Made by a program: the position numbers and the translations under genes | Shown here: in pieces, positions 36,772-45,901 of the stretch | Layout of the letters: every line of letters starts with the position of its first letter | Numbering within the stretch: the stretch's first letter is position 1 | Assembly (NCBI GenBank): GCA_023061495.1 | Contig: GCA_023061495.1_3643.1 | Length of the DNA: 64,000 bases | Origin: Escherichia coli | GTDB taxonomy: Bacteria; Pseudomonadota; Gammaproteobacteria; Enterobacterales; Enterobacteriaceae | Direction: 5' to 3' (one strand) | Notes under the pieces: model-generated | What the model was told of the DNA's origin: nothing | Database searches by the model: none | Seen by the model: only the letters and a program-made list of their open reading frames with translations

Positions 36772-36800
36772 TTGACAAACTTTGCTTAACAGTGTAATAT
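36772..36800 (+). promoter_or_regulatory. sigma70-like promoter upstream of tRNA cluster (TTGACA-N17-TAATAT)
   Basis: -35 at 36772..36777, -10 at 36795..36800. Confidence 0.6.
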
Positions 36801-36858
36801 TGTAAACATGGTCTCCCACCTTTTCTGGCGGCTAAGGTGTAAAAGAAAGCCACCCAGT

Positions 36859-36933
36859 GCCCTGTTAGCTTAGTGGATAAAGCAGCGGCCTTCTAAGCCG
36901 TTGACACTGGTTCGAGTCCAGTACGGGGTGCCA
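36859..36933 (+). tRNA. tRNA-Arg (anticodon TCT)
   Basis: hand-folded cloverleaf: acceptor GCCCTGT/ACGGGGT, anticodon loop CTTCTAA, T-arm ACTGG-TTCGAGT-CCAGT, encoded CCA. Confidence 0.75.
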
Positions 36934-36937
36934 AATT

Positions 36938-37024
36938 GGGGAGTTATCCCGTAGAGGTAGCGGTGTAGACTGTAAATCTATTGTCATTGCGACTCGGGTG
37001 GTTCGACTCCACCACTCCCCACCA
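36938..37024 (+). tRNA. tRNA-Tyr (anticodon GTA), long variable arm
   Basis: acceptor GGGGAGT/ACTCCCC perfect, anticodon loop CTGTAAA, long variable arm, T-loop TTCGACT, encoded CCA. Confidence 0.75.
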
Positions 37025-37138
37025 AATTTATAGTTTTAAATGCATAAATCATACAGATAATGGCATTTATATTTATCGTCGTTTATACTAGTCACTAACT
37101 GCTCGAAAATCAGTGTCATTATCAGTGTTGTTTATAAA

Positions 37139-37229
37139 TGAGGGTAGGGAGCAATGGTGCTCAAGCGGTCTTGAAAACCGTCCCGTTGAGGATGACTCGA
37201 TGATGGTTCGATTCCATTACCCTCAGCCA
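37139..37229 (+). tRNA. tRNA-Ser (anticodon TGA), long variable arm
   Basis: acceptor TGAGGGT/ACCCTCA perfect, anticodon loop CTTGAAA, about 20-nt variable arm, T-arm GATGG-TTCGATT-CCATT, encoded CCA. Confidence 0.7.
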
Positions 37230-37327
37230 TATTGTTGACCTTGTAATTAAGCGAAAGCCGGAAGCAGAACCGGATTATCAAATGTTACAGTCGTCATCGC
37301 CGACTAGCAACATGGTCAACATGCTGA

Positions 37328-37424
37328 GCTGGGTAAGCCCTTTGGCAAGGGCGAGGATTTTTAATCCTGAAAATAGACGAGGTAGTCGTTGAATACATAG
37401 GTGGTTCGATTCCATCACCTAGCA
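37328..37424 (+). tRNA. atypical tRNA-like gene; anticodon loop reads UUUUUAA (UUU, Lys-like) but about 30 nt lie between anticodon arm and T-arm
   Basis: acceptor GCTGGGT/ACCTAGC (one G-U), D-arm GCCC/GGGC, canonical T-arm GGTGG-TTCGATT-CCATC; fold not fully resolved by hand; no encoded CCA. Confidence 0.4.
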
Positions 37425-37432
37425 CCTTTTTT

Positions 37433-37508
37433 GCTGATGTAGCACAATTGGTAGTGCAATTGATTTGTAATCAATAGGTTGCAGGTTCAAGTCCTGCCAT
37501 CAGCACCA
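37433..37508 (+). tRNA. tRNA-Thr (anticodon TGT)
   Basis: acceptor GCTGATG/CATCAGC perfect, anticodon stem ATTGA/TCAAT with loop TTTGTAA, T-loop TTCAAGT, encoded CCA. Confidence 0.75.
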
Positions 37509-37509
37509 T

Positions 37510-37584
37510 GGCCCTGTAGCTGGAAGGTTCAAGCAAGCGACTCATAATCGCCAGATGGTGGTTCAATTCCACCCAGGGCCACCA
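37510..37584 (+). tRNA. tRNA-Met (anticodon CAT; could be initiator, elongator or Ile2-type)
   Basis: acceptor GGCCCTG/CAGGGCC perfect, anticodon loop CTCATAA, T-loop TTCAATT, encoded CCA. Confidence 0.7.
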
Positions 37585-37595
37585 AATAATAAATA

Positions 37596-37672
37596 CTCCG
37601 CGTAGCTCAGCTTGGTAGAGCGCCTGATTTGGGATCAGGAGGTCGAGTGTTCGAATCACTCCGTGGAGACCA
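37596..37672 (+). tRNA. tRNA-Pro (anticodon TGG)
   Basis: acceptor CTCCGCG/CGTGGAG, D-arm AGCTCAGCTTGGTAGAGC, anticodon stem CCTGA/TCAGG with loop TTTGGGA, T-loop TTCGAAT, encoded CCA. Confidence 0.8.
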
Positions 37673-37718
37673 CTTTCAGTTATACTTTAAACATATACAA
37701 ACAAAAGGAACCTTTAAA

Positions 37719-37988
37719 ATGTATACACTTAAAATTGTAGAGCGTGTAAATCCAACCCATACCGTAGATTTTCGTGACGATTTCAATCCTCTGGCTGTAA
37801 ATCTTCGAGAGTCATATCATGAACTCAGCTGCGATGCAGTGGTGGTCTTTTTTGAAGACAACTCTGAAGGGGCAGTAGCTTGTGTTGTTGATAGTGAGCA
37901 GAAGTTTTATATTTACAGAGATGTAGATGCATACTTGATGAATGAAAATGCAGTTACTGTTAGAATCATCCACCGAGTGCCTCGATAA
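37719..37988 (+). CDS. hypothetical protein
   Basis: start set to ATG 37719 (AAAGGAA RBS), since ORF-track start 37629 lies inside tRNA-Pro; followed by terminator. Confidence 0.45.
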   Translation: MYTLKIVERVNPTHTVDFRDDFNPLAVNLRESYHELSCDAVVVFFEDNSEGAVACVVDSEQKFYIYRDVDAYLMNENAVTVRIIHRVPR

Positions 37989-38042
37989 GTATCAGTCTCC
38001 TTTTAGTTAGTTTCGATCTATTTAGGTTACTCAATTTTAACC

Positions 38043-38077
38043 CGCCCCGTTAGCTGTATAGCTGCGGGGTTTTTTCG
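38043..38077 (+). terminator. rho-independent terminator
   Basis: GC-rich hairpin (CCCCG...CGGGG) followed by TTTTTT. Confidence 0.5.
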
Positions 38078-38093
38078 TTTCTGGAGCCTTAAA

Positions 38094-38492
38094 ATGATTT
38101 CAGGTTTAACATGGCTGAGCAGGTATAGAGGGGTCATAAAAGGTTTAGTTTTTGCAGCGGCGATAGGTACAGCTTATCTTGGGGCCGTGTATTGGTTTAA
38201 CTCTAAGCTTAATGATGCCTACCAGGAAGGCGTGTCAGCAACAGAGTTAAAGTGGGAACGGATCCTTGATCAGCAACAAAAGCAGGCCGACAAAATTAAA
38301 ATGGGCCACGCAGAGGAGGTTAAAAACCTTGAAAAATCTCTTTCTGACCTACAGGATAAATTAAATATGGCTGAGAAGGCAGGTAAAGAAAAGCAGATCA
38401 TCTACCTCCAATCACCTGAAGGTAAGAAGTCAACACTCCCTGATCAGCTTATAGATATTTATAATGAGAGTATCAATCAGGAGGGTCGATGA
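38094..38492 (+). CDS. putative i-spanin (Rz-like)
   Basis: N-terminal TM anchor (GLVFAAAIGTAYLGAVYWF) then coiled-coil-like domain; immediately followed by lipoprotein gene with ATGA overlap. Confidence 0.5.
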   Translation: MISGLTWLSRYRGVIKGLVFAAAIGTAYLGAVYWFNSKLNDAYQEGVSATELKWERILDQQQKQADKIKMGHAEEVKNLEKSLSDLQDKLNMAEKAGKEKQIIYLQSPEGKKSTLPDQLIDIYNESINQEGR

Positions 38493-38776
38493 GAGTTGCT
38501 ACACTGTTTATTGTGTGCTTGTTATTATGTGGGTGTGCAACAAGCGTTGAGAGAGAATACAAGATTGACCCTCCGGATGTAGGAAGGTTGATTGTTAAAC
38601 CCCCGGAAGGTGCCATGAAACCACCTGCTAAATCTATGCCTTTGAAGAAAGGTGCGCCAGATGCAGTGAATTCTGGCATTATGAGGGATAATAATCTGTC
38701 TTGTAGCAATGATAGAGCTAAATTGATCATTTTGCAAGACTATATTAGAACACTGTTTCCAAAGGAGAGAGGTTAA
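38489..38776 (+). CDS. putative o-spanin (Rz1-like outer-membrane lipoprotein)
   Basis: signal peptide with lipobox-like LLCGC, proline-rich mature region; stop overlaps terminase start (TAATG). Confidence 0.55.
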   Translation: MRVATLFIVCLLLCGCATSVEREYKIDPPDVGRLIVKPPEGAMKPPAKSMPLKKGAPDAVNSGIMRDNNLSCSNDRAKLIILQDYIRTLFPKERG

Positions 38777-40323
38777 TGTCTAAGATTTACGGACCGTGTT
38801 CTGAAAAGCAGAAGATGATCCTAGAAAACGATGCGGATATTTTGGTAATCGGCGGTGCCGCAGGGTCTGGCAAGTCGTTCCTCCTGCAGTTGATGCCGCT
38901 TAAAATTATTGATGACCCCCACAGCTCTGTGGTTATGTTCCGAAGAACAACCCCACAGTTGGAAGGTGAGGGTGGGCTATGGCCTAAAGCAGTAGCTATT
39001 TATAGTGATCTGCCTGAAAACATTAAGCCAAAGTTCAGAGAGAAGGATCATAAGTTTATTTTCCCACGGTTTGATCCGAGCACTGGCAAGTGGGATAGAA
39101 GCAAAAAGGGAGCTGTTGTAAAATACTGCCACATGGAGTATGTACAGGATAAGCTTAACCATCAAGGTCTTGAGTACACCATGGTTTGCTTCGACGAGGG
39201 CACGCAGTTCGAATGGGAGCAGATAGACTATCTGATGTCTCGTCTGCGATCTCAGTCAAAGTATCCATCAAGAATGGTTATTAGCTGTAACCCCGATTCA
39301 GAACACATGCTTGCCAAACTGGTTAGATGGTGGTTGGACGATGAAGGATATCCAGATCCGGAGAAATGCGGTAAGAAAAGATATTTTATCCGACGCGACG
39401 GTGAATTTATCTGGGGAGACTCTAAAGAAGAGTTGATAGAGAAATACACCACGGTTAACGGACTGGGTGTGGAGATCAAGCCAAGACCGTTGTCATTCTC
39501 ATTTATAGGCGCAACAATATTCGATAATCCTGTCTGCTTAAGAGACAACCCCGAATACCTTGCTTTCCTTGAAGGTCTGCCGGAACTGGAAAAAGCTCAG
39601 CTTCTTCATGGTAACTGGTTTGCAAAGCCTGAGGGTGCAAACTATTTTCAAAGATCTTTCCTTCGTGATGCCGATAGAGTACCCCTTGGATCAGTATCTT
39701 GTAGGGCATGGGATAAGGCAGGAACCGAGAGAACTTCCGGTAATAAATTTCCTGACTTTACCGCCAGTGTTAAGGTAAGTAAGGATAGCGACGGCTTTTA
39801 TTACCTGTCCGGTGATTATTGTCCTGAGAACGTGGATGACGGGAGATATTCCACAGGTCTGGAAGGTAAGTTCTGTAAAAAGGCTGGTGAACGAGATGTG
39901 ATCATCAGGAAACAGGCGCAGTTTGATGGTGATGATTGTATAATCGTATTCTCTGTGGACCCAGGTCAGGCAGGTAAGAGTGAGTTCTTAACCTCCTCCA
40001 GATCCTTACTCGCCGAAGGGTTTAGGGTTGAAGAAGACCCAATGCCTTCCAACAAATCTAAACTAACAAGGTTCTCCCCTTTTGCCAATCTTGCCCAACA
40101 AGGGATGGTGAGGATTGTAAAATCCAGTTTCCATCCTGACACTCTGGAAGCATTTCTGACTGAACTTGAAAAGTTCAACGGGGAAAGATCAACATTTAAC
40201 AGAAAAGACGACTGGGCCGACTGTGTGGCTTCTGCGATTAATTTCCTGGAGAAAGAGGAGGTAGCACTTCCTTGTGTGATTCCATCAATCTCATCACCTT
40301 CTATGTTCAAGCGTTTTATCTAA
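38776..40323 (+). CDS. terminase large subunit
   Basis: N-terminal Walker A VIGGAAGSGKSFLL; 515 aa; immediately upstream of portal-sized gene. Confidence 0.8.
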   Translation: MSKIYGPCSEKQKMILENDADILVIGGAAGSGKSFLLQLMPLKIIDDPHSSVVMFRRTTPQLEGEGGLWPKAVAIYSDLPENIKPKFREKDHKFIFPRFDPSTGKWDRSKKGAVVKYCHMEYVQDKLNHQGLEYTMVCFDEGTQFEWEQIDYLMSRLRSQSKYPSRMVISCNPDSEHMLAKLVRWWLDDEGYPDPEKCGKKRYFIRRDGEFIWGDSKEELIEKYTTVNGLGVEIKPRPLSFSFIGATIFDNPVCLRDNPEYLAFLEGLPELEKAQLLHGNWFAKPEGANYFQRSFLRDADRVPLGSVSCRAWDKAGTERTSGNKFPDFTASVKVSKDSDGFYYLSGDYCPENVDDGRYSTGLEGKFCKKAGERDVIIRKQAQFDGDDCIIVFSVDPGQAGKSEFLTSSRSLLAEGFRVEEDPMPSNKSKLTRFSPFANLAQQGMVRIVKSSFHPDTLEAFLTELEKFNGERSTFNRKDDWADCVASAINFLEKEEVALPCVIPSISSPSMFKRFI

Positions 40324-40425
40324 GTGTTGCCAATCTTAATTAGATGTGGTAGAATAGAGTAATCGGAGATACTAGCCCTCTAACACGAGGGCTATTTTGT
40401 TATACTGTTTTGAGGGGTAAAGCTT

Positions 40426-41982
40426 GTGTCCAAAAAGAACCGCAGGAAACACAACGCCACAGCCAAAACTGTGAATAAATCTGGGAACGCAGGCGCACCA
40501 ACTCATAATGTTCGTATGAGTGAGATCGGTTCTGGCGCACTTTCCCAAATTATGGCAGAATCGCAATCTATGATGGTTGAGGAATTGCGTTGGCCTCAGC
40601 TGATTGCCACCGTGGAGACTATGAAATGTGATTCCACAGTTGCCACTGCCTTAGATACAAAATATGTTTTCATCACGAAAGCATTCAATGATTTTAAGAT
40701 CCTTTATAATGTTAAAAGTGAAGACTCTAAGAAAGCTGCCGAGCTTATAGAGTATTCTTTGCGTAATTTGGCAAACCAACAAACTCTTCGAGATATTGCA
40801 AGAAGCGCAGCTACCTTTAACGAGTATGGTTTTTCACTGTTTGAGAAAGTATACCGCAGAGAGAAAGAAGGTAAATATGCCGGGATGCTTCTTATTGATA
40901 AAATTGCATTCCGACCGCAGGCCAGTCTGTCCAGATCAGAGCCGTTTGTCTTTGACAAGAACAGTAGAACACTGACAGGTATTTATCAGTCACCTAATGC
41001 ATTTCTAAACACTCAGAATGCACGCTGGGCTGGACCTCTTGCTGCAATGCCTCCAAAAGGCTTTAATGAGCCTGAAATTTTCATCCCTGCTAAAAAGCTT
41101 ATGCTCATGACCCTGTCAGGAACAGAATCTAACCCTGCAGGTGTGTCACCAATGATAGGTTGCTACAGATCTTTCCGTGAGAAAGTTCTGATTGAAAACC
41201 TTGAGGTTGTTGGCTGCTCCAAAGACCTTGGTGGTGTGCTTGAGCTGAAAATTCCTTCCAATATTTTGAACAAGGCCAGCATTGACCCGAATTCGATGGA
41301 AGGGAGAATGGTTGCAGATCTTATGTTGGACGCAGCAAACGCCCATAGTGGTGAGCAAAGTTTCTTTATACTTCCGTCTGATAGAGATAAGTCTGGTAAA
41401 GAGCTTTACTCCATGACCCTGAAGGGGGTTGACGGTATGGGTAAGCAGTATTCCACTAAAGATTTGATTGATGCCCGTAAGAAGGCGATTCTTGACCGTT
41501 TCGGTGCTGGATTTATTAACCTCGGTAACGATAACGTTGGATCCTTCTCTCTGTCTGAGTCAAAACAGTCTATCCATGGTCATTTTGTTCAGCGTGATAT
41601 AGATATTATCACTGAGGCCTTCAATAAAGATCTTATCCCACAGCTTCTGGCATTGAATGGTATCATCCTTGAAGATGATGATATGCCTAAACTGAAACCT
41701 GGTCTGATTGAAGAAGTGGACATGGAGAGCTTCTCCAAGTTTGTCCAGAGGATCGGTGCTGTAGGTTACTTGCCAAAAACTCCTGCAGTAATTAATAAGA
41801 TTCTTGAAGTAGGTGGGTTTGATGAAAGATTTGACGAGGACATGGATCAGGAAGAGCTGATGAAGCTCTTGGGCCAGGATATCAGTAGGGCTGGTGATGG
41901 AATGGCTGCAGGATCCACTGGTAACGGCACTTCTAAGATGTCATCAACCAGAGATAATTCCATATCCAACATGGAAAATTAA
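40426..41982 (+). CDS. portal protein
   Basis: 518 aa directly after terminase and before scaffold/decoration/capsid genes; GTG start with GAGGGG RBS; call rests on position and size. Confidence 0.65.
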   Translation: MSKKNRRKHNATAKTVNKSGNAGAPTHNVRMSEIGSGALSQIMAESQSMMVEELRWPQLIATVETMKCDSTVATALDTKYVFITKAFNDFKILYNVKSEDSKKAAELIEYSLRNLANQQTLRDIARSAATFNEYGFSLFEKVYRREKEGKYAGMLLIDKIAFRPQASLSRSEPFVFDKNSRTLTGIYQSPNAFLNTQNARWAGPLAAMPPKGFNEPEIFIPAKKLMLMTLSGTESNPAGVSPMIGCYRSFREKVLIENLEVVGCSKDLGGVLELKIPSNILNKASIDPNSMEGRMVADLMLDAANAHSGEQSFFILPSDRDKSGKELYSMTLKGVDGMGKQYSTKDLIDARKKAILDRFGAGFINLGNDNVGSFSLSESKQSIHGHFVQRDIDIITEAFNKDLIPQLLALNGIILEDDDMPKLKPGLIEEVDMESFSKFVQRIGAVGYLPKTPAVINKILEVGGFDERFDEDMDQEELMKLLGQDISRAGDGMAAGSTGNGTSKMSSTRDNSISNMEN

Positions 41983-42049
41983 AAATTATCAACACAGGGG
42001 GTTGCAAAACCTCCTTTGGCGTGATAAAATAATCCACATGGGGAATAAG

Positions 42050-42469
42050 ATGCCACAGGAAGAAATGATTTCCTACGAAATCATCTACGAACCTGACACT
42101 AAAGATGCTCACGGTGAGTGGATGAGTAAAGACACCATCAAAAAGGCTAAAGATAACTGGGACGCAGCATACGCCGCAGGCCTAGTTTCTGAGAACCTTT
42201 TCCACTTGACCTCTACAGATGCTTTCACCATTGAAAAGACGTGGATTCAAGAAGAGTTTGATGTTGTAGTGATTGGCACTGAGCAGGTCATCAAGGCTGG
42301 CTCTTGGGTTGCTAAAGTTAAATACAATAATCCTGAACTATGGGAAGCTAAGAAGGCTGGCATTGTTGGTGGCCTAAGCATTCAGGCAACAGGTAATGTT
42401 GATGAAGAAACTGGTGAAATTACCAACGTAAACTTCGGGATCAGTGTTGTAGAAGAGGGCAATGAATAA
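42050..42469 (+). CDS. hypothetical head-module protein
   Basis: start set to ATG 42050 after portal stop (ORF-track start overlaps portal); sits where a prohead protease is usually found but has no protease motifs. Confidence 0.4.
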   Translation: MPQEEMISYEIIYEPDTKDAHGEWMSKDTIKKAKDNWDAAYAAGLVSENLFHLTSTDAFTIEKTWIQEEFDVVVIGTEQVIKAGSWVAKVKYNNPELWEAKKAGIVGGLSIQATGNVDEETGEITNVNFGISVVEEGNE

Positions 42470-43446
42470 TGTCTGAAAAAACGATTACTATTAAAGAGAA
42501 GGGGATTGCCCTGTGCCATAAGGCGCAAGGCTATAGCGCTAACAACAGACCTGTATCTCTTTTGATGAAGAGTGATCTTAAGCCTGAGCAGTTAACAGAC
42601 GATATTGTTAAGGCACTTCGCCAAGTTACTGTGGAGCTTAGTTTTGAAGAATACCTGCGTCGTTTCTTCGATATGTGGTATGATGATGCTAAAGCACTTG
42701 CACACATGCTTGGTTTTGAGATTGAAGAGGAGGCTTGGGCTAAAGAGCATCCTGATTGGGAATGGGCGCAAGCTGACGCAGAGTCTTGTATTGCATGGCT
42801 GGAAGAGCGTTGTGATAACGTGACCATTCATAAAGCTGCAAAAGAAGGTAAGCAGCTTAGTGTGGTAGATCAGTACAGCCTGTTAAAAACACAACAGATT
42901 TTTGAACAAGTAACCGCTGATCTCTTCGATAAAGAAGGGAACCTGATCAAGGCGGTACAGGAACCTGCTGAGGTAGATAAAACTACCGAGGTGGATGATG
43001 TTGCAAAATCCGCAAATACCGAGGAGAATCCGGTGGACGTAACCAAAACTAAAGAGTATCTGGATCTGCTGAAGCAAGTAGAAGAGCTGAAAGCAACCCA
43101 GAGTAAAGCTGAAGAAATCATCAAGGCCCAGGTTGAAGTTGAAAAAGCTAAAATGCTGACTAAAGCTCAAGCTTTAAGCTTTGTTGGTGAAGAAGATCAT
43201 GCAACCCTGGTTGACTTCATGCTGGAAAAAGCTAACGAACCTATTGTAGCTATGCTGGAGAAAGCTCAAGCCAAAATTGAAGAGCTGGAAGCAGAGGTGC
43301 ATAAAACCAAAGAAGAGTTTGCCACCACTGAACATGGTAATGATGGCGAACCTGTTGTGGATGATATTGCAAAATCCGCAGAAGAAATTCTTGCTGAAAA
43401 CGTTGCAAAAGCACTTGCTCGTGCACGTGCAGAATCTACTAAATAA
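42469..43446 (+). CDS. putative scaffolding protein
   Basis: acidic, helix-rich 325-aa protein with coiled-coil-like repeats between portal and capsid genes. Confidence 0.45.
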   Translation: MSEKTITIKEKGIALCHKAQGYSANNRPVSLLMKSDLKPEQLTDDIVKALRQVTVELSFEEYLRRFFDMWYDDAKALAHMLGFEIEEEAWAKEHPDWEWAQADAESCIAWLEERCDNVTIHKAAKEGKQLSVVDQYSLLKTQQIFEQVTADLFDKEGNLIKAVQEPAEVDKTTEVDDVAKSANTEENPVDVTKTKEYLDLLKQVEELKATQSKAEEIIKAQVEVEKAKMLTKAQALSFVGEEDHATLVDFMLEKANEPIVAMLEKAQAKIEELEAEVHKTKEEFATTEHGNDGEPVVDDIAKSAEEILAENVAKALARARAESTK

Positions 43447-43466
43447 GACATTAACGGGGGAAATAA

Positions 43467-43853
43467 ATGATTACCGCTCAATATTCTGATATCGTGCTCG
43501 GCAAAGTTGATTCTAGCGATGCTGGCTACAATTTTAAAGAGATCAAGGTAACACTGACAGAGCATCACCACGCTGGTACTGTTGTAACAAAAACCGGGAC
43601 TATCGCTAACGCAGACGGTTCTGATGTGTACGGCGTTCTTGTTGACCGTGCTCTTGTCAAAGATGCTGGTACGGTTCATCTTGCAAAACCATTAGAAGTG
43701 GGTCAGTCCTATAACCTGGTTGTTGCCGTTCACGGTGTTACCTTTGCAAAAGATATGCTGTTAGGTGCAGACGGAGCTAAAGCAGACCAAAGAATTCTGG
43801 ATAAGTTGGAAGCTTTAGGTAACAAAGTTCACGTCCAGACTATTGGTGAATAA
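43467..43853 (+). CDS. putative head decoration protein (lambda gpD-like)
   Basis: 128 aa directly upstream of capsid gene; Gly/Val/Ala-rich beta-type composition; host-optimal codons. Confidence 0.45.
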   Translation: MITAQYSDIVLGKVDSSDAGYNFKEIKVTLTEHHHAGTVVTKTGTIANADGSDVYGVLVDRALVKDAGTVHLAKPLEVGQSYNLVVAVHGVTFAKDMLLGADGAKADQRILDKLEALGNKVHVQTIGE

Positions 43854-43903
43854 TAAGCCCTAAATTGTTCGGGAAATATTTAAGTTTTACTTTGGAGAAA
43901 TAA

Positions 43904-44914
43904 ATGATTACTCGTAAAGATGAATTTGGCATTGTTGATTTAGGTGCTACTCTGGACCTTGTTCCGCGCCAATTCCGACTGATCACTGGTATGGATCTGT
44001 TCGAAACCCGTCTCGGCACCTCAACAATTGCTCAGATCGAGCGTGTTGATGAAGTTGTAACCGACATTCCGGCACGCCGTCGTGGCGGTGAGCGTAACTA
44101 CGTTGGTAGTGAACGTGCTCAGGTTAAAAACCTGAACATCCCGTTCTTCCCTCTGGACAAAGGCATCACTGCCGCAGATGTTCAGAACTTCCGTCGTTAC
44201 TTCACCCCTGATGCTCCGAAAACTGTTCAGGATGTAGTAACCCGCGTTGTTCGCCGTATCCGTGTTTCTCATGAAGCACTGCGTGAGAAAGCGCTGTTCC
44301 AGGCTATTCTGGGTAAATCCTATGCACCTGGTGACGCTACCTGTCAGTATGATTACTACACTCTGTGGGATGTGTCTCAGAAGTCTGTTGAGATTGACCC
44401 TGCAAAAGCAGATCAGGATCCTATGGAGGTTCTGGAAGAAGCTCGTCTGCACATCGCACTGCAAGCTGGCGATAACGCAGCTGGCTATCGTATTGTAGCT
44501 CTGTGCTCACCAGAGTTCTTCAGCGCTATTACCCATCACCCGCTGGTAGAACTGGCATACACCTATTACGGCTCTGCTCAGGAACCTCTGCGTCGCCGTC
44601 TGGGTGCTGGCGGTCAAGACAGCGTATACCGTGTGTTTGAACATAAAGGTATCACCTTTATCGAAGATATCTCTGGCAATATTCCTAAGAAAGAGGCTCG
44701 CATTCTGCCGATGGGTATTGATCAGATGTTCCAGCTGCACTTTGCTCCGGCAGACGATGTTAACGAAGCAAACACTCCAGCACAGGAACTGTACATGTGG
44801 TACAAACACTCTGCATACCTGCGTGAAGAGAAGATTGAATCTGAAACTTCTATGCTGGCAGTTAACACCCGTCCAGAGTTGGTTGTTAAAGTAACTCTGA
44901 AAAACGGTGGCTAA
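43904..44914 (+). CDS. major capsid protein (lambda gpE-like)
   Basis: 336 aa after scaffold and decoration genes; strongly host-optimal codons (CTG, CGT, GGT, AAA); strong terminator immediately downstream. Confidence 0.65.
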   Translation: MITRKDEFGIVDLGATLDLVPRQFRLITGMDLFETRLGTSTIAQIERVDEVVTDIPARRRGGERNYVGSERAQVKNLNIPFFPLDKGITAADVQNFRRYFTPDAPKTVQDVVTRVVRRIRVSHEALREKALFQAILGKSYAPGDATCQYDYYTLWDVSQKSVEIDPAKADQDPMEVLEEARLHIALQAGDNAAGYRIVALCSPEFFSAITHHPLVELAYTYYGSAQEPLRRRLGAGGQDSVYRVFEHKGITFIEDISGNIPKKEARILPMGIDQMFQLHFAPADDVNEANTPAQELYMWYKHSAYLREEKIESETSMLAVNTRPELVVKVTLKNGG

Positions 44915-44938
44915 TCACTAAGGTGATTCATCCCATAT

Positions 44939-44968
44939 GGGGAGGGGGTTCTCCCCTCCCCTTTTTTT
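44939..44968 (+). terminator. strong rho-independent terminator
   Basis: GGGGAGGGGG-ttct-CCCCTCCCC followed by TTTTTTT. Confidence 0.75.
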
Positions 44969-44996
44969 ATTTATTAGGGTTTAACAGGAGTGTCCC

Positions 44997-45842
44997 GTGA
45001 AGAGAGCCGTATATCCAGTTGAGTATGATCCTCTATTAAGAGTTTTCAACAATCAGTTAAGTTTCTATCAATTTTTAGCACAATATAACCCAGAAATCAA
45101 TGTTGGTTTATCAGCCTTGCTACCACCAACAGAATTCGTTATTGGCAGTGTTCACTATCCATGCAGAACTATTGTAGACTTCTTCGAGAAGATTGCAAAA
45201 CATACAGGCCTGCCAATTGATACTGGTATTTCAACCATCCGTATGGGTGTTATTCTTCTGTTCTTCACAGAGAACCTTGATGAAAGCACTTTAACACTGC
45301 AAAGCGGAGATGTCAATATCACACTCACCCCGTCAGTGTTTAAAGAGGTAGATGCTGCTTTCAAAGTTTCCGTGGCAGAGGGACATCTGTGGGACCCTGT
45401 AGGGATGCCTAAAAAAGTGACCATAAACGATGAGCAATGCAGCATTGTTTATGAAGAAGATACCCAAACTTTCACCATCGAATGGCCTAAGAAACGCTCT
45501 CAGGTTGTAAATCTTGGGCTGACCTCTACGATAGCTCCACCGCCTCAACCAGAGCCGGAGCCGCCTGTAGGTCCTACTGAACCTGGTGGTGGTGAAGAAT
45601 CCCAAGGTCCGACTGTACCTGAGGGAGGCACTGAGCAGGATCCTGAACAGACACAAGAATCAAGATCTTCTCGCAGTGATGTTGATGCCCTACTACAGCA
45701 GGCCGCAGCTCTTAACAACGAAGATGACAAAAGTGGTTCAAAAGATGCACTCCAAACCTTCGCCAAAGAGCACGGTGTTACCTTAAGTAAGGCAAAAACT
45801 TTCCAAAATATGATGAAAGATTTTGAGGCTGCACTGGCATAA
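44997..45842 (+). CDS. hypothetical structural protein with Pro/Glu-rich C-terminal region
   Basis: GTG start with AGGAG RBS; low-complexity PPPQPEPEPP segment. Confidence 0.45.
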   Translation: MKRAVYPVEYDPLLRVFNNQLSFYQFLAQYNPEINVGLSALLPPTEFVIGSVHYPCRTIVDFFEKIAKHTGLPIDTGISTIRMGVILLFFTENLDESTLTLQSGDVNITLTPSVFKEVDAAFKVSVAEGHLWDPVGMPKKVTINDEQCSIVYEEDTQTFTIEWPKKRSQVVNLGLTSTIAPPPQPEPEPPVGPTEPGGGEESQGPTVPEGGTEQDPEQTQESRSSRSDVDALLQQAAALNNEDDKSGSKDALQTFAKEHGVTLSKAKTFQNMMKDFEAALA

Positions 45843-45851
45843 TTTTGTTAA

Positions 45852-45886
45852 GGCCCCTTCCAAATTAGGAATGGGGCTTTATTTTT
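45852..45886 (+). terminator. possible terminator
   Basis: GGCCCC...GGGGC stem with long loop followed by TTTATTTTT. Confidence 0.4.
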
Positions 45887-45901
45887 ACGAGGTATTTTCA
45901 A

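Noticed and set aside
37471-37659. 62-aa minus-strand ORF and the 5' part of plus-strand ORF 37629..37988
   Set aside because: Both overlap the tRNA-Thr, tRNA-Met and tRNA-Pro genes; the plus-strand gene more plausibly starts at ATG 37719, after tRNA-Pro
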